Below, in pieces: positions 59,218-64,000 of a DNA stretch of 64,000 bases. Each line of letters begins with the position of its first letter. The stretch's first letter is position 1. This stretch comes from an uncultured Lachnospiraceae bacterium (GTDB taxonomy: Bacteria > Bacillota > Clostridia > Lachnospirales > Lachnospiraceae): positions 10,725-74,724 of the forward strand of contig CACXMK010000007.1 of assembly GCA_902768735.1 (NCBI GenBank), read 5' to 3'. The translations under genes were made by a program, and so were the position numbers. A model generated the notes under the pieces. That model was not told where the DNA came from. It was given only the letters and a program-made list of their open reading frames with translations, and did no database searches.

Positions 59218-59769
59218 ATGGAAATATTACAACAGGAAACAGGATGGTCATCCGTACAACTTTTGAATCTGCTCATCCTGATCATGGTCTCCAGCGGTGT
59301 GTTCGGCTTTCTGTATGAGCTCCTGTTTTACAGGATCGACGAGGGACGCTGGATCAAAAGAGGGTCGACTTTCGGCCCCTGGATCCCGATCTACGTATTC
59401 GGCGGAGCAGCCTACACGTTCTTTGTCTATCCGTTCAAGAACAATCCGCTCCTGGTATTCGGGCTCTGTGTGCTGGTCTCCGGTGTTATGGAATACGCTA
59501 CAGGGTGGGTGCTGGATAAGGTCTTTCACCTCCGGCTGTGGGACTACAACAATGAGATCTGGAACTTTGGGAATATCAACGGGTACATCTGCCTGCGGTC
59601 GGTTGTTTTCTTTGGTATGTCAGGACTTCTTCTGATCTATATCGTAATACCGATCCTTATCTATGTGATGAACCGGATCGATCCGGGGATCCTTACAATT
59701 GTCTGCCGTATCCTGGCGATCGCCTTTATAGTGGACTGTATTCTGTACAAGATCATCAAAAGAAGATAG
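59218..59769 (+). CDS. putative ABC transporter permease (CmpB/DUF1113-like membrane protein)
   Basis: RG...GPWIPIY..G, EY.TG, LWDY, NINGYICL motifs. Confidence 0.82.
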   Translation: MEILQQETGWSSVQLLNLLILIMVSSGVFGFLYELLFYRIDEGRWIKRGSTFGPWIPIYVFGGAAYTFFVYPFKNNPLLVFGLCVLVSGVMEYATGWVLDKVFHLRLWDYNNEIWNFGNINGYICLRSVVFFGMSGLLLIYIVIPILIYVMNRIDPGILTIVCRILAIAFIVDCILYKIIKRR

Positions 59770-59796
59770 ACCATCATAGATACAACGGGAGGAAGC

Positions 59797-61965
59797 ATGG
59801 CGTTTTATATCTGCCTGGCTCTGGCGGCTGCCGTCACTGTCGGAAGCATTGTTTATTATTGCAGGAACAGGGATATCATAGGGTTCCTGGAGACCCCTGT
59901 TCACGCACTTTTATCACTTTCGCTCATTAACACCTGCATTCTGTACATCCCGTGGTTCATCCACGTGTGGAAAGCAGAAGACATCGGTCACGGAAAAGGC
60001 CTCCTCATAGTGCCGCTGATGATCGTGCGGCTGATGCAGACCGTTTCGCTGGATGCCGACTATGAGACAGCGCTGGAAATGGTGAAGTTCGCGTCGGTTT
60101 CCGGCGTCAGCATCCATTTTCTGGAGTTCTACGCCGTCCTTCTTTCTTATGTGAGCGTGATGGTCCCGGTGACCGGTATCATGACGATCATGGGATTTTT
60201 CGCCAACCAGATCGGTTTTGTGATCGCTACGAGCAGGCTGTCCGGAAAGCGGAACATCTATGTTTTCAACGGGATCGGCGAAAGAAACCTGAATCTCGCA
60301 GAGAGCATTTGGAACAGCGAAGGATGGGGGCGCAGAAACTGCAGTTTTCTTTTCTGCAATGTACGAGGGAACCCGGGAGAAGAGGCGAGGAGAAAGATCG
60401 GGCTCATTGGAGGGCGTTTTACCGGTGAGTATCCTTCGAGGCTGCTCAGGATCGTGCTCTACAGAAAAAACAGAAAGGTGAGCTTTTTCCTTTTGGAAGA
60501 AGATGATCTGAATTTCAACAACGCGATCGGTATCCTCAAAGCTGCCGGGAGAATGAGCGGCTCCGGAAGCAGAAAAAATGCCGATCATACCAATTGGAAG
60601 GAATCTGACAGGGTATCCGTCCATCTGCTCCTTGGGAGCGACGAACTTGCCGGCATCCTTGACGCGCAGAAGAAATACGGGATCTTTGTCAGGGTCATGG
60701 ATGCAGAGCAGATGTACGTGCAGGACCTCTACAGGAGGCTTCCGCCGTTTTCCTGCATGAAGAGAGGCCGCGATTCCATCCAGATGATGATCTACGGAAA
60801 GGGGAGCGTGGCTGAAGAGGCGTTCATGAGGGCACTCTGGATGGGATGCAATGCCTGTACTCCGCTGAAGATCTGGTACGTCAGCGAGGACGCGGAAGCG
60901 TTCAGAGCGAGACTCCGCGTCACCTGTCCCGCCCTGTTCGACGATGCGCTTGCCGGAGGAGAGCGGTTCGAGCTCTGTTTTGAGACGATCACGGAGACAG
61001 GACAGCTGTACAGGGCGATCGGGGACGGAAAACCTAAGGCAGTTGACGCCTCCAAAACAGTGAGCGCGGGAATGGGAAGAGCGGATTTCCTGCGGTCGGA
61101 TTATCTGGTCCTCGCGGGCGAAAGCGACGAGGAAAATATCCGGACCGCCATGTGGTTCAGGACGTGGTTCGCAAGGCAGATCCCGGAGAACGAACTTCAG
61201 CCTTTGATCGCCGTCTACATCAGGGACGAAAGGCGGGCGGAGCAGGCGGAAAACCTTTGTATTCAGGAGAGCCGGGATTCCTATGACCTGCACGTGTTCG
61301 GGACGGAGGCGCGGCTGTTTACCGCAAGGAACATCCTGCACAGCAAACTCGCGCACTGCCTGTACAGGATACAGCTTTCTTATAGCCTTAAGGATCTGGA
61401 CGACATACCGACACCGGATCAAAAAAGCGAGGCCTGGATGGAACTCAACCAGTCCATCTATAATTACAAGAGCTCTGAGGCGAGCGCACAGTATATCGTT
61501 AACCGGCTGTACGATGCGGGGGCGCTCCTTGAAGCAATGAGAAAAGAGAGCGGAAGTCCGGACAGGGAATACACGGGATATGAACAGGCCTGTTTCTTTA
61601 GAGAAGCGCTGGTCAAAAACGCGCACGACGGCAACAGGGAGCGGCTTGATACCATCATCGCTATTTATGAGGAAAAGATCGCTGATCCAAAGATGTTGGA
61701 GCTCCTTTCCCGCACAGAGCACCGCCGGTGGACCGCCTATATGGCTGTAAACGGCTGGATCATCCTTCCTAAAGAAAGCCTTGTGGAATGGATGAAGAAC
61801 AACAAAGGAAGCCACAAGGATTACCTAAGGCTCCGGCACGCGTGCATGGCCGGCTGGGAGGAGCTCGACGAGCTTTCCCTGATCAAGACGAACGGAAAGG
61901 ATGCTGACGTATTCAAGGAATCCGACAGGCGGATGGTAAAGGGAGTAAAGCACTTCGTCGTGTAG
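59797..61965 (+). CDS. membrane protein with RCK/TrkA-like Rossmann domains and a C-terminal RyR-like domain
   Basis: N-terminal TM helices; IYVFNGIG, MMIYGKG, DEENIRTA; C-terminal LSRTEHRRW...NGW...HACMAGWEEL. Confidence 0.65.
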   Translation: MAFYICLALAAAVTVGSIVYYCRNRDIIGFLETPVHALLSLSLINTCILYIPWFIHVWKAEDIGHGKGLLIVPLMIVRLMQTVSLDADYETALEMVKFASVSGVSIHFLEFYAVLLSYVSVMVPVTGIMTIMGFFANQIGFVIATSRLSGKRNIYVFNGIGERNLNLAESIWNSEGWGRRNCSFLFCNVRGNPGEEARRKIGLIGGRFTGEYPSRLLRIVLYRKNRKVSFFLLEEDDLNFNNAIGILKAAGRMSGSGSRKNADHTNWKESDRVSVHLLLGSDELAGILDAQKKYGIFVRVMDAEQMYVQDLYRRLPPFSCMKRGRDSIQMMIYGKGSVAEEAFMRALWMGCNACTPLKIWYVSEDAEAFRARLRVTCPALFDDALAGGERFELCFETITETGQLYRAIGDGKPKAVDASKTVSAGMGRADFLRSDYLVLAGESDEENIRTAMWFRTWFARQIPENELQPLIAVYIRDERRAEQAENLCIQESRDSYDLHVFGTEARLFTARNILHSKLAHCLYRIQLSYSLKDLDDIPTPDQKSEAWMELNQSIYNYKSSEASAQYIVNRLYDAGALLEAMRKESGSPDREYTGYEQACFFREALVKNAHDGNRERLDTIIAIYEEKIADPKMLELLSRTEHRRWTAYMAVNGWIILPKESLVEWMKNNKGSHKDYLRLRHACMAGWEELDELSLIKTNGKDADVFKESDRRMVKGVKHFVV

Positions 61966-62007
61966 GTTTTGTTTAGAAGGAAACGGTAAACAGGAAAGGA
62001 GGATAGC

Positions 62008-63453
62008 ATGGCAATTCTCGGAGCTGTAATGGTGCCGCATCCGCCCATGATCGTCCCGGCTGTGGGACGGGGGAGTGAGAAGCAGATCGCTGAGACGATC
62101 CGCGCATATGAACAGGCTGCGGAGTGGATCGCGTCGCTGCGACCTGACACGATCCTCATCACGAGTCCGCACCAGACGATGTACGCAGACTATTTCCACA
62201 TTTCACCCGGCCGGAGCGCACGGGGAGATTTCGGAAGATTCCGTGCGCCGCAGGAGAGCTTCAGGGTGGAGTACGATGCGGAGCTCACCGCCGTGATCGC
62301 GAAGCTTGCGCGTGAAAGGGGCATTCCGGCGGGGCCTATGGGCGAACAGGACAAAAAACTGGATCACGGGACAATGGTCCCGCTCTATTTTCTTCGCCGC
62401 GCTTATCCCGCAGTGGATACCGGAAACGGCTATGGCGCAGGGCAGGCGGCAGCTGACGGCTCTTGCGTATGTAAGATCGTGCGCGTTGGCCTTTCCGGCC
62501 TTCCTCTGACGGAGCATTACAAACTGGGACAGACGCTTCGGGACGCTGTAGAACAGCTCGGGCGGCGCGCTGTGTTCGTGGCAAGCGGCGACCTCTCCCA
62601 CAAACTGCAGTCTTACGGGCCTTACGGATTTGCACCGGAAGGACCGCAGTACGACGAGAGGATCATGGACGTGTGCTCACGGGCGGCTTTCGGGGAGCTC
62701 TTCGATTTTGAGGAGACGTTCTGTGAGAAGGCTGCGGAGTGCGGGCATCGGTCTTTTGTCATCATGGCGGGAGCCTTCGACGGACAGAAAGTGAAAGCGA
62801 CGCAGCTTTCGCATGAGGATGTGACCGGCGTCGGCTACGGGATCTGCACCTTCGAGCCCGGAGAGCCGGATGAGGGAAGGCGTTTTTTGGAGCAGTATCT
62901 GATGAGAGTGCAGGAAAAGCTCACAGCGGCGAGAGCCGCGGAAGACCCCTACGTGCAGCTGGCGAGAAAGACCGTAGAATCTTATATCCGGTACAGGGTG
63001 AAACCTTCCGTTCCGGATGACCTTCCGCCGGAAATGCTTCATAGGAGCGCGGGAGCTTTTGTCTCCATTCACGAGCACGGAAAACTCAGGGGATGCATCG
63101 GGACGATCTCCCCGGTGCGGGACTGTGTCGCACAGGAGATCATCGATAATGCGGTCAGCGCATCGACCAGGGATCCGCGTTTCGATCCGATCAGGGAGGA
63201 CGAACTGGAGTGGCTGGAGATCAGCGTCGATGTCCTCGGGGCGCCGGAACCGGTCTCGTCGCCGGCGGAGCTCGATGTGAAGCGCTACGGCGTGATTGTC
63301 AGCAAAGGGATCAAAAGGGGACTTCTCCTGCCTGACCTCGATGGAGTGGATACGGTGGAACAGCAGATCGCGATCGCGAAGAGCAAAGCGGGGATCGCGG
63401 AGTGGGACCGCAAAGTACAGCTCGAGCGGTTTGAGGTGGTGCGACATCACTGA
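62008..63453 (+). CDS. amrA: AmmeMemoRadiSam system Memo/LigB-like plus AMMECR1 fusion protein
   Basis: PHPP, DHG..VPL, SGDLSH, ECG (Memo/LigB fold) fused to GAFVS..LRGCIGT, DPRF, GLLLP (AMMECR1). Confidence 0.9.
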   Translation: MAILGAVMVPHPPMIVPAVGRGSEKQIAETIRAYEQAAEWIASLRPDTILITSPHQTMYADYFHISPGRSARGDFGRFRAPQESFRVEYDAELTAVIAKLARERGIPAGPMGEQDKKLDHGTMVPLYFLRRAYPAVDTGNGYGAGQAAADGSCVCKIVRVGLSGLPLTEHYKLGQTLRDAVEQLGRRAVFVASGDLSHKLQSYGPYGFAPEGPQYDERIMDVCSRAAFGELFDFEETFCEKAAECGHRSFVIMAGAFDGQKVKATQLSHEDVTGVGYGICTFEPGEPDEGRRFLEQYLMRVQEKLTAARAAEDPYVQLARKTVESYIRYRVKPSVPDDLPPEMLHRSAGAFVSIHEHGKLRGCIGTISPVRDCVAQEIIDNAVSASTRDPRFDPIREDELEWLEISVDVLGAPEPVSSPAELDVKRYGVIVSKGIKRGLLLPDLDGVDTVEQQIAIAKSKAGIAEWDRKVQLERFEVVRHH

Positions 63454-63508
63454 TCAGCAGGTGAAACCAAAAACGGCATTCGTACACAGGAAAGCCGACG
63501 GAGGGAGT

Positions 63509-64000
63509 ATGGCCAGATGTGAAGTGTGCTTTCGGCACTGTGAACTGAAAGAAGGACAGATCGGTTTCTGCGGCGCGAGGATCTGCGCCGGTGGCGTTGT
63601 GAGGGCTGCGAACTATGGCAGGATCACATCCCTCGCACTTGACCCGATCGAAAAAAAGCCGCTGCAAAGATTCCTGCCGGGGAGCCGTGTTTTGTCACTG
63701 GGGAGCTATGGCTGCAACCTGCGCTGCCCGTTCTGCCAGAACTATGAGATATCCTGGTCGGAACAGGCAATGCGCTTTTCGGAACAGGCGGAGTATGCGA
63801 CGCCGGAGGAGATCGTAAAGACAGCGGCTTATTATAGGAACAGAGGGAATATCGGTGTAGCGTTCACTTACAACGAGCCGCTGGTAGGATATGAGTTTGT
63901 GCGGGATACCGCAAGGCTGGTGCATGAATCGGGCATGGTAAACGTCCTTGTCTCCAACGGGACTGCGGAACTTTCCGTGCTCGAGGAGATCCTCCCGTAT
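63509..64000 (+). CDS. amrS: AmmeMemoRadiSam system radical SAM enzyme (3'-partial)
   Basis: MARCEVCFRHC..GFCGAR, DPIEKKPL, GCNLRCPFCQN (CxxxCxxC), FTYNEP; open to the window end. Confidence 0.92.
   Translation, partial: MARCEVCFRHCELKEGQIGFCGARICAGGVVRAANYGRITSLALDPIEKKPLQRFLPGSRVLSLGSYGCNLRCPFCQNYEISWSEQAMRFSEQAEYATPEEIVKTAAYYRNRGNIGVAFTYNEPLVGYEFVRDTARLVHESGMVNVLVSNGTAELSVLEEILPY

Noticed and set aside
59914-61815. 633-aa antisense ORF, and similar ones at 56637-57941, 3040-4179, 19381-20436, 43134-44216 and 28801-29886
   Set aside because: Shadow ORFs of well-supported genes on the other strand, with no family motifs.

Overview
Ordinary-looking chromosomal window from an anaerobic Firmicute; gene content and CCA-less tRNA genes suggest Lachnospiraceae/Clostridia. 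It holds a butyrate-pathway block (hbd-etfB-etfA-thl), 10 tRNA genes, gdhA/asnA, a nuclease-helicase fusion, peptide (Dpp/Opp) and polyamine (Pot) ABC importers, a STAS/PP2C pair beside an NHLP-type peptidase-ABC exporter with a TraX-like gene, a CIRCE-preceded htpG followed by three uncharacterised genes, purB-purA, infC-rpmI-rplT, a CofE-like gene, a membrane RCK/RyR-domain protein and an AmmeMemoRadiSam locus. I saw no integrase, IS or CRISPR array. The most notable observations are: (1) a possible HrcA-controlled chaperone module of Hsp90, a 1250-aa protein, a degenerate Hsp70-like protein and a TPR-like protein; (2) a separately transcribed tRNA-Pro with the rare A34 anticodon AGG; (3) an orphan peptidase-containing exporter coupled to a TraX-like gene; (4) rplT broken by an apparent ~80-nt deletion; (5) many short tandem duplications at gene ends. 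Family names come from motif recognition and recall, not from database searches.
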